Origin: an uncultured Ardenticatenaceae bacterium
GTDB lineage: Bacteria; Chloroflexota; Anaerolineae; Promineifilales; Promineifilaceae
DNA length: 64,000 nucleotides
Assembly: GCA_964410625.1 (NCBI GenBank)
Contig: CAYPHY010000009.1
Span: forward strand, 48,992 to 112,991
Direction: 5' to 3'
The translations under genes were made by a program, and so were the position numbers. Shown in pieces: positions 44,325-53,398 of this stretch. Every line of letters starts with the position of its first letter. The first letter of the stretch is position 1. The notes beneath the pieces were generated by a model. It did no database searches, had not been told where the DNA came from, and saw nothing but the letters and a program-made list of their open reading frames with translations.

Positions 44325-44804
44325 TCAGCCCCGATTTAGCTTGATGACGCGCACGGCCGCTTGCTCAATCTCTTCTAAAGGGACCAACAGTCCCTCAGTG
44401 TAGTAAGTGCCGTTGGGGATGCGCCGCTGTGGATACTCCCTGGCCCAGCGCTTCAGGCGAATTTGAATATCTTTCGGCCGCAGCACATAAACGCGCTTTG
44501 TGCCAACAATGTAGTAAATGATGAAGTCGGACTGGCAGGTGAACGCCCAGCCGGGGATGCCCTCGGTATCCACGCTGGTGGTCTCAACGAAGGCGTTGCC
44601 GGTGGTGGCGGCCGTCTTGTCCGCTTTGTATTCGATCTTGAACTGTTTGCCGTCGCGCGGCCGTGTGAAAACACGGTCAATCCCCTGTCGTTGTTCCTCG
44701 CGGGTGGCGTGGCGGATGACAAACTGCTGGCGGAAAAAGGAGTCTAAATACCGTTCGCTCGCTTCCCCTTTGCGAAGTTGTCCGTATAGATCGTAGGCTT
44801 TCAT
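44325..44804 (-). CDS. Hypothetical protein with a possible PD-(D/E)XK nuclease-like motif
   Basis: Start at MKAYDLYG (ATG at 44804), 4 nt after the M28 peptidase stop. GIDRVF ... FKIEYKAD fits a D...E.K arrangement. This is a weak assignment. Confidence 0.45.
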   Translation of the reverse strand: MKAYDLYGQLRKGEASERYLDSFFRQQFVIRHATREEQRQGIDRVFTRPRDGKQFKIEYKADKTAATTGNAFVETTSVDTEGIPGWAFTCQSDFIIYYIVGTKRVYVLRPKDIQIRLKRWAREYPQRRIPNGTYYTEGLLVPLEEIEQAAVRVIKLNRG

Positions 44805-44808
44805 CGCG

Positions 44809-46023
44809 CTAACTCGGCCGTCCCCATTCCATTTCCTGCTTATCAAGTGCTTGCAAAAGCGCTTGCGCCAACTGTATCGCCTCTAGCAGTTTGCCGGGAC
44901 TGATCCAATCAATGGTATCGGCCGGGGTGTGGTAGATGTCCTTTATCCCCAGGGAGCCGAGGGCAATGCTCGGCACGCCGTTGGAATAGAAGATGTAATG
45001 GTCGCTGGCGGGCCAGGGGGCGACCTGGGCGACGCCGGGAAAAGCCGCTTTTGTCTGAGCGACTAATTGCTCAAAGGGGGTGGAAGCGGCAAAGGTGGCG
45101 ATGGTGTTGGCGGCAAGGCGCGGGCCAATGCCGTCCATGTTGATGGCGAACGCAATTTGCTTAAAGCCATCTCCCACTTCTTTTGCATATGTCATATCCC
45201 CCAAACCATACATCTCCTCACCGCTGAAGGCAACAAACTCTAAGGTATAGTTTTGGATGGGGATGGTTGTGGGCGAGTCCGACAGTAGGGCGGCTAAAGT
45301 CAGGAGCGCAGCCACTCCGGTGGCGTTGTCGTATGCGCCGACTGTGTCCACTTTCGTGTCGTAGTGGGCGCAAAGGACGATCCGCTCCGGCCGTTTGCCT
45401 GGTAGACGGCCGAGCACATTGCTCGACTGGCCCGGCGTTCGCCGGCTGGCGATTTTCATCCGTACCGTTTCCCCCGATGCCTGTACCAGCTTGAGGCCGC
45501 TGCTGGCTGTCACCGTGACGGAAGGGATGTTCAGATCGAAGTCTTCTATCAGCCGCCAACGGCCGTGCAGGGAGGGGTTGATGGTAATCAGCGCGGCCGG
45601 TTGCCGCTCCTCCAGCAGTTCGATGATCCGCCGGTCGCGCTCAGAGACGTAGATCGCCCCTTTGGCCGCCAGTTCATGCTGGGCTAACTCGCCGTAAAAG
45701 ATGGGGATGCGGGCGGTGATGTCGGCCGCTTCTAACGCTTCAACCGTGCCGATGACGATGGTCGGGGCAGAGATGTCACAAGAAGGGGAAAAGGTGTTGG
45801 CATAAGCTTCCAACGCTGCGCCGTTCAATTGCAAAGCGGTAGCCTCCTCTATCCAGTTGGGGCAGGGGAATGGTTGAAATTCGACGGATAGCCCGGCCTG
45901 CTGAAATGTGCTGGTGATGTAATCGGCCGCGGCCTTGTTCCCCGGCGTGCCTATCAGCCGGTTTCCGATTTCCTCCGCCAGTTTTCGCACGTGTTGCATC
46001 GCTTGCTCGGCAATTGGTTTCAT
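44809..46023 (-). CDS. M28-family metallo-aminopeptidase
   Basis: 404 aa. LCAHYDT, YDNATGVAALL, FSGEEMYGLGD and a late H (YHTPADT) are the zinc-ligand motifs of family M28. Confidence 0.8.
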   Translation of the reverse strand: MKPIAEQAMQHVRKLAEEIGNRLIGTPGNKAAADYITSTFQQAGLSVEFQPFPCPNWIEEATALQLNGAALEAYANTFSPSCDISAPTIVIGTVEALEAADITARIPIFYGELAQHELAAKGAIYVSERDRRIIELLEERQPAALITINPSLHGRWRLIEDFDLNIPSVTVTASSGLKLVQASGETVRMKIASRRTPGQSSNVLGRLPGKRPERIVLCAHYDTKVDTVGAYDNATGVAALLTLAALLSDSPTTIPIQNYTLEFVAFSGEEMYGLGDMTYAKEVGDGFKQIAFAINMDGIGPRLAANTIATFAASTPFEQLVAQTKAAFPGVAQVAPWPASDHYIFYSNGVPSIALGSLGIKDIYHTPADTIDWISPGKLLEAIQLAQALLQALDKQEMEWGRPS

Positions 46024-46056
46024 AGTATTGACGAATCCCTCCGCCTATGTTAGGAT

Positions 46057-46096
46057 GGTTAAACGTTTACGTAAAGGTTTACGTAAACGTTTAACC
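46057..46096. promoter_or_regulatory. 40-nt perfect palindrome with two AAACGTTT cores: candidate LacI-family operator
   Basis: GGTTAAACGTTTACGTAAA-GG-TTTACGTAAACGTTTAACC. It lies in the divergent spacer between the M28 peptidase and lacI-family genes, 44 nt upstream of the regulator ATG. Confidence 0.6.
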
Positions 46097-46139
46097 AGAT
46101 TATATCGGTAGTTTAGCCTCTTTTGGAGCAAGAACCAAG

Positions 46140-47165
46140 ATGGCCACCATTCGCGAAGTTGCCCAGGCTGCTGGTGTTTCCTATGCGACGGTATCGCATG
46201 TGCTGAACAACACGCGCTTTGTTTCGCCCGAAACTCGCGAGCGTGTGGTGGCGGCGATGAACGAGCTGGACTACCGCCCCAATGCCCTCGCCCGTTCCCT
46301 CCGCAGTGGTAAGACCAATACACTGGGTTTGATTCTGCCGGATAGTTCCAACCCCTTTTTCGCTGAAATCGGCCGCAGCATCGAAGACGCCGCTTTTGAA
46401 CTGGGCTATAACCTCTTTCTCTGCAACACCGAGGGGGATGTGGAGCGCGAACGGGTCTATGTTGACGCCCTCAGCAAAAAACAGGTGGATGGGATTATTT
46501 TCGTGGCCGCCGGGGATCAGGTGGATTCGTTAAACTCGCTCCTCAGCCAGGAGATGCCGGTGATCATGATTGACCGTGATTTACCCAACATTGAGGTGGA
46601 CGCTGTGTTGACCGATAACCAGCATGGGGGTTATCTGGCGACGCGCCACCTGATCGAACTGGGCCACCGGCGCATCGCCTGCATCCGCGGGCCATCCAGT
46701 GTTACCCCCAGCGGAGAGCGGGTGGTGGGGTATCGCCAGGCGCTTGAAGAAGCGGGCATCGCCTATGATGAATCGCTGGTCATTCGTGGCGACTACCACC
46801 CCGATTCGGCCGTACGGGCGACATACCACTTACTCGATTTGGATGAACCACCGACGGCGATATTTGCATTGAATGATTTGATGGCGGTTGGCGTGTTGCA
46901 CGCGGCCGCCAAAGCTGGCTGCCGTGTCCCGCAAGAGCTGGCGGTCATCGGTTATGACGATATTGAGTTAGCCAGCTTCACGACCCCTTCTCTCTCAACT
47001 ATCGCTCAACCCAAGAGCGCAATTGGTTATCAGACAGCCCACATACTTGCCAAACGGATTGCCGATGGCAATAACCCGCCTTGCCGCACGATTCTTTCGC
47101 CCAAATTGATTATGCGGGGCAGCACCGTAGCGGACTCAGCGGTACTGGACGGAAATAGCAGGTAA
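46140..47165 (+). CDS. LacI-family transcriptional regulator
   Basis: MATIREVAQAAGVSYATVSHVLNNTRFVSPETRERVVAAMNELDYRPNALARSLR HTH plus a periplasmic-binding-fold effector domain. Confidence 0.92.
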   Translation: MATIREVAQAAGVSYATVSHVLNNTRFVSPETRERVVAAMNELDYRPNALARSLRSGKTNTLGLILPDSSNPFFAEIGRSIEDAAFELGYNLFLCNTEGDVERERVYVDALSKKQVDGIIFVAAGDQVDSLNSLLSQEMPVIMIDRDLPNIEVDAVLTDNQHGGYLATRHLIELGHRRIACIRGPSSVTPSGERVVGYRQALEEAGIAYDESLVIRGDYHPDSAVRATYHLLDLDEPPTAIFALNDLMAVGVLHAAAKAGCRVPQELAVIGYDDIELASFTTPSLSTIAQPKSAIGYQTAHILAKRIADGNNPPCRTILSPKLIMRGSTVADSAVLDGNSR

Positions 47166-47369
47166 ACACTCTCTTTTTGGTTTCGTTACTCTTTGTCCTT
47201 CATGGGCAAGGCGCTTGTCTGTTAGGGATGGTCTGGATTTGGTTCGGCGGTCCAGGCTACGGCCGCGAGGTCAATAGCAGCCCCACCGGGAAGAACGCAA
47301 TGCTATTGGCAAGTTCTTAAATGCCGGGCGTCCACGTCCACCATTTTGTTAGTCTGAGGAGAGAAAAAA

Positions 47370-48860
47370 ATGAAACGTCGCAATCGAAAGTCAAATAAAT
47401 CAACATTTATTCAACTGCTCTGCGCGATTTTCATCATCGCCATGCTGGTCGCCTGTAGCCAGGCCGCGCCAGAGACGGAGAGTCCGGCAGCCACAGAACC
47501 GGCGGCCGAAGAGCCAGCTCCGGTTGAAGAAGAAGCTGCGCCGACTGAGGAAGAGGCTGCTCCGGCTGAAGAGGAAGAGGCTGCCCCCACTGAAGGTGAG
47601 GAAGGCGCAGCCGAAGGTGAGGAAATGGCCGAGGGGGAGAACCCCAACTATAACTTCAGCCCCGGCATTCCTGATCCCGAAGAACCGGTCGTTGTCACCT
47701 TTGCCTCCTGGGTCTATGCCGAGGGTTGGCAATCATTGGCCGACCAATTCAACGAGATCCATCCCAACATCACCATTGAGTTTGTTGATGTGCCGTTCGA
47801 GCAGATGCACGACATGTTGCTGACCCAGGTGGCGGCCAACAACACGCCGGACACCGCTTATGTGGATGGCTCGATTGTCACGGAGTTTTCTTCACGTGGC
47901 GCCTTAACGTCTCTTGACAACTATGTCGCCCAGAGCGAAGTGATCGATCTCACGGACTATGTCCCAGCTTTTCTGACAGCAGCCCAGTATGAAGGGCAAC
48001 TCTATGCGTTGCCGATTGATGGCGAGTCCACCGGGCTGTTCTATCGCACCGATTGCTTCGAGGAAGCGGGGCTTGATCCGAACCAGCCCCCCACGACCTG
48101 GGAAGAGTTTCGCCAGTATGCGGAGGTATTGACCGACCCGGAGAACAACCGCTATGGCTTCATTTCTTTCGCCCCGGAAGCGGCCTATTACTTCTACCCC
48201 TGGCTGTGGCAGGCGGGCGGTGAAACGTTGGCCGAGAATGGGACGGATGTGATTTGGGACAGCGAAGCGGGGCAGCGGGCGGCCGATTTCTATGTTGACC
48301 TGGTGCAGTTCTCGCCGCCGGACTTCTTGAACTCGAACTCCTGGGACGGCCGCGTGGCCTTCGCCAATGGTGACGTCTGCATGTATGTCGCCGGGGCGTG
48401 GTTTGCCGGTGTGCTGGCGACTGAGTTCCCCGATATTGATGGGTTGTGGGCGGCCGCGCCGTTGCCACAGGATGAGCGTTGCGCCACGACGATTGCCGGT
48501 GATCACCTGGTCATCTTTGAAGAGACGGAGCATCCCGAAGCAGCCTACAAATGGATCGAGTTTGTCTCCGCACCCCACAACATGGCGGTGTTAAATCTGG
48601 GCACGCCGGAGAACCCGGCGACGCTACTACCACCGCGCATCTCGCTTCTGGAAGACCCGGCAACCTTTGAGGGGCGGCCGTTCCTGGAGGGCTTTGCCGA
48701 AAATATGCAGTGTGCCGTTGTCAGCGACATCGTCCAGCCGCGATATTTCGAGATGGAGCAATATCTCAATGATTATCTCGGCCGCGCCTTCTATGGCGAG
48801 TTTGATGGAGCGACGGCGGTGATCGAGTCGGCCGTGGAAGCGGAAGCGGTCTTGGATTAG
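47370..48860 (+). CDS. Sugar ABC transporter substrate-binding lipoprotein (family 1) with an acidic A/E/P-rich linker
   Basis: Lipobox LVACS, then a linker of about 70 aa (AEEPAPVEEEAAPTEEEAAPAEEEE...), then the SBP_bac_1-like body. Confidence 0.88.
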   Translation: MKRRNRKSNKSTFIQLLCAIFIIAMLVACSQAAPETESPAATEPAAEEPAPVEEEAAPTEEEAAPAEEEEAAPTEGEEGAAEGEEMAEGENPNYNFSPGIPDPEEPVVVTFASWVYAEGWQSLADQFNEIHPNITIEFVDVPFEQMHDMLLTQVAANNTPDTAYVDGSIVTEFSSRGALTSLDNYVAQSEVIDLTDYVPAFLTAAQYEGQLYALPIDGESTGLFYRTDCFEEAGLDPNQPPTTWEEFRQYAEVLTDPENNRYGFISFAPEAAYYFYPWLWQAGGETLAENGTDVIWDSEAGQRAADFYVDLVQFSPPDFLNSNSWDGRVAFANGDVCMYVAGAWFAGVLATEFPDIDGLWAAAPLPQDERCATTIAGDHLVIFEETEHPEAAYKWIEFVSAPHNMAVLNLGTPENPATLLPPRISLLEDPATFEGRPFLEGFAENMQCAVVSDIVQPRYFEMEQYLNDYLGRAFYGEFDGATAVIESAVEAEAVLD

Positions 48861-48888
48861 TTGTTAGAAAGTAGGCAGTAGGCAAAAT

Positions 48889-48954
48889 CTCACGCAAAGG
48901 CGCAAAGGTCGCTAAGTTTTTTAAGCTTTGCGTCTTAGCGTGCTTTGCGTGAGC
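48889..48954. repeat. GCGCAAAG-family inverted-repeat element (copy 2 of 3)
   Basis: CTCACGCAAAGGCGCAAAGGTCGCTAAGttttttAAGCTTTGCGTCTTAGCGTGCTTTGCGTGAGC. Nearly identical to 61281-61348. It lies between the binding-protein and permease genes. Confidence 0.9.
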
Positions 48955-48973
48955 TATTTTCAAAGGAGTGACT

Positions 48974-49903
48974 ATGGCCGTAATTGAATCTCCTATCGTT
49001 AAAACCCAAAGCAGTTGGCGGCGGGGATGGCGCAGTCTGAAGAAGAATTGGACCTCTTATCTTTTTCTAGCCCCTGGCCTGCTCCATTTTGCTGTCTTTA
49101 CGCTGATCGCCGTCACCTTTGCCTTCTATATCAGCTTTCACGAGTGGAATATCCTTGAACCGGATCGGCCGTTTGTTGGGCTGGAGAATTACGCCCGTCT
49201 GTTTACCGACAAGCGATTTCATCAGGCGGTCTTTAACACCTTTCTTTTCATGCTCGGTATTCCGCTGACGATGGCACTAGGCTTAGGGCTTGCCTTATTG
49301 CTCAACGTCAAAGTTCGCGGGCAAGGACTCTACCGGACTGCGTTTTATCTACCGGTGATCACCCCCCTGGTCGTTTCCGCCATTATTTGGAAGTGGATCT
49401 ACCAGGGTGATTATGGGCTGCTCAACTATTACCTGCTGAAATTTGGCCTGATCAGCAAAAAGCTACTCTGGCTGTCTGATCCTGACCTGGCCCTGCCAGC
49501 GCTGGTGATTATGGGCGTCTGGTTAGGGGCCGGAAGCCATATGATCATCTATCTGGCTGGATTACAAGGGATACCTGAAGAGTTGTATGACTCGGCTAAG
49601 GTGGATGGGGCGAACGGCATACACCGCCTGTTCTTTATTACCATTCCCCTGCTGGCCCCCACCACATTCTTTCTCTTTATTACCTCGGTTATCGCCACCT
49701 TCCAGGTCTTTACTCAGGTATATATCATGACCAGCGGTGGGCCGCTCAACCGGACGACCACCATCGGTTATTACCTGTATGAAAAGGGCTTCCGCCATTT
49801 AGAGATGGGGTATGCAACTGCCATGGCGTTTGCCCTCTTTGCGATGATCTTCGTTTTTACCTTGATCCAAATGAAGTTCACGCGCGGCGATATTGAATAT
49901 TAA
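48974..49903 (+). CDS. Carbohydrate ABC transporter permease (MalF/UgpA-like)
   Basis: Six TM segments and an EAA-type loop (YDSAKVDGANGIHRLFFITIPLL). ATG at 48974 (the track uses GTG at 48968). Confidence 0.9.
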   Translation: MAVIESPIVKTQSSWRRGWRSLKKNWTSYLFLAPGLLHFAVFTLIAVTFAFYISFHEWNILEPDRPFVGLENYARLFTDKRFHQAVFNTFLFMLGIPLTMALGLGLALLLNVKVRGQGLYRTAFYLPVITPLVVSAIIWKWIYQGDYGLLNYYLLKFGLISKKLLWLSDPDLALPALVIMGVWLGAGSHMIIYLAGLQGIPEELYDSAKVDGANGIHRLFFITIPLLAPTTFFLFITSVIATFQVFTQVYIMTSGGPLNRTTTIGYYLYEKGFRHLEMGYATAMAFALFAMIFVFTLIQMKFTRGDIEY

Positions 49904-49927
49904 TTGGTATAGAAATGTATGGTTTGG

Positions 49928-50032
49928 TGATGGTGGGTAAGCGGCAGGTGGCAAGTATCAGGTGGCGAGTGGCAGGTATGCCATTCACAATTGACCATTA
50001 ACCATTTACCGTTCACCATTAACCATTCGACA
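49928..50032 (+). repeat. 15 in-phase heptamers: TGGCNNG half-array followed by TTNACCA half-array
   Basis: tgatggt gggtaag cggcagg tggcaag tatcagg tggcgag tggcagg tatgcca ttcacaa ttgacca ttaacca tttaccg ttcacca ttaacca ttcgaca. It lies between the two permease genes. Confidence 0.85.
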
Positions 50033-50043
50033 GGAGTTTCGCT

Positions 50044-50982
50044 ATGGCAGCGACTACCACTCGCCAGGAAAGGGTTGCCTCCAAGCCAATATTAGATCGC
50101 AGCTTGAAGATCAAGCGGTTTGAGGTTGGGATCGGCCACCTGATTGTTTACATTATTCTGACTATCGGCGCGATTATCTTTTTTGCTCCGTGGGCGTGGA
50201 TGGTCTCCGCCTCTTTCCAGCCGCTGGGCGACATGTTTAACTGGCCGCCAACCTGGATTCCAGAGACATTCACGCTCAACAATTACCGCAACTTTCTTGC
50301 TGCCCAGGGATTCTGGCGCTGGATTTTGAATAGTGCGGTTTTGGCGATCAGCGTGTTGATCATCCAACTGATTGTCAATTCAATGGCCGCCTATGCCTTT
50401 GCCAAGCGCAATTTTCCGGGACGTGATTTTATATTTTTGATGATGCTTGGCACATTGATGATCCCTGGGCAGATTTATCTGATCCCCAATTACATCATCC
50501 TCCAGCATATCCCGCTTTTTAATGGCAACGACATCATGGGGATGGGCGGACATGGGTGGCTCGACTCTTACTGGGGGTTGATCGTGCCTTATGCCTTCAG
50601 CGTGTGGAGTGTTTTCTTCATGCGCCAATATATGAAGTCCATTCCCAATGAGTTGCTTGATGCGGCACGAATTGATGGGGCGTCGGAGTTTCGCATCTAC
50701 TGGCAGATCATGCTCCCTCTCTGTGTTCCCGTTTTGGCGGCACAGGCGATCTTCACCTTTACGTTTGTGTGGAATGATTTCTTCTGGCCGTTGATCGTGG
50801 TCAGCGACCAGGACTTGCGCACACTGCAACTGGGCCTGGCGCTCTTTGTGGTCAAGAATCGCACGGCCTGGGATGTGGTGATGGCCGGTTCGGTGCTTTC
50901 AACGTTGCCGATTTTGATCGTTTTCTTGCTCTTCCAGCGTTACTTCATTCGCGGCATTACGTTGACGGGAATGAAGGGATAG
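50044..50982 (+). CDS. Carbohydrate ABC transporter permease (MalG/UgpE-like)
   Basis: Six TM segments and the EAA loop LLDAARIDGASEFRIYWQIMLPL. Confidence 0.9.
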   Translation: MAATTTRQERVASKPILDRSLKIKRFEVGIGHLIVYIILTIGAIIFFAPWAWMVSASFQPLGDMFNWPPTWIPETFTLNNYRNFLAAQGFWRWILNSAVLAISVLIIQLIVNSMAAYAFAKRNFPGRDFIFLMMLGTLMIPGQIYLIPNYIILQHIPLFNGNDIMGMGGHGWLDSYWGLIVPYAFSVWSVFFMRQYMKSIPNELLDAARIDGASEFRIYWQIMLPLCVPVLAAQAIFTFTFVWNDFFWPLIVVSDQDLRTLQLGLALFVVKNRTAWDVVMAGSVLSTLPILIVFLLFQRYFIRGITLTGMKG

Positions 50983-51042
50983 GGTGGATTCAGGTGGATC
51001 GCGGCCGAATCAGGCAGAATGAATTCTGCCGCTGATACGGGA

Positions 51043-51061
51043 AACATGTTGAAAACATGTT
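51043..51061. promoter_or_regulatory. Direct repeat of the palindrome AACATGTT upstream of the amylase gene
   Basis: AACATGTT-gaa-AACATGTT, 27 nt upstream of the ATG at 51088. Preceded by the hairpin GGCAGAAT-ga-ATTCTGCC (51013-51030). Confidence 0.35.
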
Positions 51062-51087
51062 AACGGATGGAGCAATTGTAGCTGCTT

Positions 51088-53208
51088 ATGAACAGTTATT
51101 ATGTCAATAGGCGAGATTTTATACGATTGAGTTTGATTACCTCGGTCGCGGCCGTTGCTGCCGCTTGCCGACGAGCCGAGTCGGAGGTTGTTTCGCCAAC
51201 GGAAGCACCACCAACGGCCGAACCCAAACCCCAACCCACCGCCGTCGCTGAGGAAGAAGCGGCCGAGGCAGCCCCCGCTGGCCCAAGCTGTGAAGTCCAG
51301 CTTGGCAATGCCAGCGCCGACGTTTGGGCCTGGAGCACGCAACTGACGGGACAAGTGACCGGTCTGGAAGAGTGCCTGGCGGTGATGTTGCTGGTCAATG
51401 GGATGAATGTGGCGGTGGAGCAGGATGGTGAGAATTTTTCGGCCGACGTGCCACTGGTCGAGGGGGAAAACGAGGTGGCGGCCGTTTGTCAATGTGCGGA
51501 TGGAGAAGAGGGAACACCACAGATGGTTACATTTACCGGACGGCTGGCGCAGCGGCCGAAGGCGATGATCCGCCCCAGCCTGGAAGGGGAACAGTTGGTC
51601 CTGGATGGCACGGAGAGCCAGCCGGATGAGCGCGAAGGCAGCCCGATTGTGGAGTATATCTGGTCGGTGCGGCCAGGGAATCCGGCGGCCGTGCAGGTGG
51701 ATGGCGCGGAGTTCAGCGGTGAAGTCAGTGGCGAACGGATCAGCGTTGCGTTGCCGGACACGGATGGCGAGTATTATTTTAACCTGCGTGTCGTGGACGA
51801 GAACGGCAACGAGGACCGCAGCGGGACCTATGTGGAAGTGCGGGATGGGGTGGTGCGTATTCCCAATTATGATGTGGAACACCCGGCCTGGATTGACAGC
51901 GCAGTTGTCTATGGCACGATCCCGCGTAATTTCGGCAGCCCCGCTTTCCAGGCCGTCACCGACCGGCTGGATTATCTGCAAGAGCTGGGCATCACCGCCC
52001 TCTGGCTGGCCCCGGTCAATGTCTCTCCCCCTGGCGACTATGGCTATGCGGTGGTGGATTACTTTGAATTGAATCCACGCTATGGAACGAAAGAGGATTT
52101 TAAGCGGATGGTGGATGAGGCCCATGCGCGGGGGATTCGTGTGTTGATGGATTTGGTCCCAAACCATTCGTCGGCCGAGCATCCCTACTATCGGGATGCG
52201 CTGAACAACGGCAAGCAGTCCCACTATTGGGAGTTCTATGATCGCGACGTGAATGGGATGCCAACCCATTATTTCGATTGGACGCATCTGCCCAACCTGA
52301 ACTACGAAAATCCCGAAGTGCGGCGCTGGATGCTGGAAGCCTCGGCCTATTGGGTGCGCGAGTTTGACATTGACGGCTACCGCGTGGATGTGGCCTGGGG
52401 CGTGACGGAACGACGGCCGGAGTTTTGGATGGAGTGGCGGCATGAGCTAAAGCGGATTAAGCCGGATGTGTTTTTGTTGGCCGAGGCCAGCGCCCGCGAT
52501 CCGTTCTATTTCGACAACGGCTATGATGTTGCTTATGACTGGACGCTCGATCTGGGCCATTGGGCCTGGGAATTGGTCTGGGATTCTAACCAGCACACGC
52601 TACTGACTTATAACCTGAAGACGGTCTTGCTCAACGAGCCGCGCGGCTACCATCCCGACGCGCTGATCTTCCGCTTCCTGAACAACAACGACACCGGCCC
52701 GCGTTTCATCAGCAATCACGGCGAAGGGATGACGCGGGTGTCTACGGCGTTGTTGCTGACCTTGCCGGGTGTGCCTTGTATCTATACGGCCGATGAAGTG
52801 GGCGAATTTTTCTCCCCTTACTTTGACCCCAACCCACTATCTTGGGATGAGAACTTCCCCGGCCTGCGTGATTACCACAAACAACTCATCGCCTTACGCA
52901 AGGAAGTGCCTAGCCTCCATTCGCGCCAGTGGCAGTTATTAAACGTGGAACCGCGCCAGCAACTGTTTGGCTATCTCCGTTATCTGGAAGGGAATGAGCA
53001 GCCGGTCGTGGTCTTACTCAACTTTTTTGATCAAGAACTGGAAGCAGAAGTTCCAATCCCTGAAGGGTTCCAGGAGCAGTTGGCTGGTGCAACGTGGACT
53101 GATTTGCTGAACGGCGAAACGGTCACGATTACGGATGCGGCCGCGGTGCGTGTGCCAATCGGCCGCTTCGGTGCGCGTATCCTGGCCCCGCAAGATCGGA
53201 GAGCATAG
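51088..53208 (+). CDS. Tat-exported lipoprotein alpha-amylase-family enzyme (GH13) with an N-terminal beta-sandwich region
   Basis: Twin-arginine signal NRRDFIRLSLITSVAAVAAAC. GH13 regions: MDLVPNHS, GYRVDVAW, FLLAEA, FLNNND. Confidence 0.9.
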   Translation: MNSYYVNRRDFIRLSLITSVAAVAAACRRAESEVVSPTEAPPTAEPKPQPTAVAEEEAAEAAPAGPSCEVQLGNASADVWAWSTQLTGQVTGLEECLAVMLLVNGMNVAVEQDGENFSADVPLVEGENEVAAVCQCADGEEGTPQMVTFTGRLAQRPKAMIRPSLEGEQLVLDGTESQPDEREGSPIVEYIWSVRPGNPAAVQVDGAEFSGEVSGERISVALPDTDGEYYFNLRVVDENGNEDRSGTYVEVRDGVVRIPNYDVEHPAWIDSAVVYGTIPRNFGSPAFQAVTDRLDYLQELGITALWLAPVNVSPPGDYGYAVVDYFELNPRYGTKEDFKRMVDEAHARGIRVLMDLVPNHSSAEHPYYRDALNNGKQSHYWEFYDRDVNGMPTHYFDWTHLPNLNYENPEVRRWMLEASAYWVREFDIDGYRVDVAWGVTERRPEFWMEWRHELKRIKPDVFLLAEASARDPFYFDNGYDVAYDWTLDLGHWAWELVWDSNQHTLLTYNLKTVLLNEPRGYHPDALIFRFLNNNDTGPRFISNHGEGMTRVSTALLLTLPGVPCIYTADEVGEFFSPYFDPNPLSWDENFPGLRDYHKQLIALRKEVPSLHSRQWQLLNVEPRQQLFGYLRYLEGNEQPVVVLLNFFDQELEAEVPIPEGFQEQLAGATWTDLLNGETVTITDAAAVRVPIGRFGARILAPQDRRA

Positions 53209-53224
53209 GAAGCATAAATTCAAT

Positions 53225-53290
53225 CCACGAATCTACACGAATTTTCATGAACAGAAGCCAATATTCGTGTAGATTCGTGAGAATTCGTGG
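53225..53290. repeat. CACGAAT-family inverted-repeat element
   Basis: CCACGAATCTACACGAATTTTCATGAA, loop cagaagccaat, then ATTCGTGTAGATTCGTGAGAATTCGTGG. Confidence 0.85.
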
Positions 53291-53398
53291 ATCGCTTTAG
53301 GAGTTTTCACGGGCGAATGCACACCAAAAGCGGTGAAAATTGAGTTTATCAGCGTTTGTCCGCGTTCGTCCGCGTCCTATTTTCAGGAGAGAAAAGCC

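Noticed and set aside
47450-47640. An Ala/Glu/Pro-rich repetitive stretch in the ABC binding-protein gene, considered as a possible in-frame repeat insertion.
   Set aside because: Its words (gaagaggctgc...) do not match any intergenic family. Acidic linkers after the lipobox are common in solute-binding lipoproteins.
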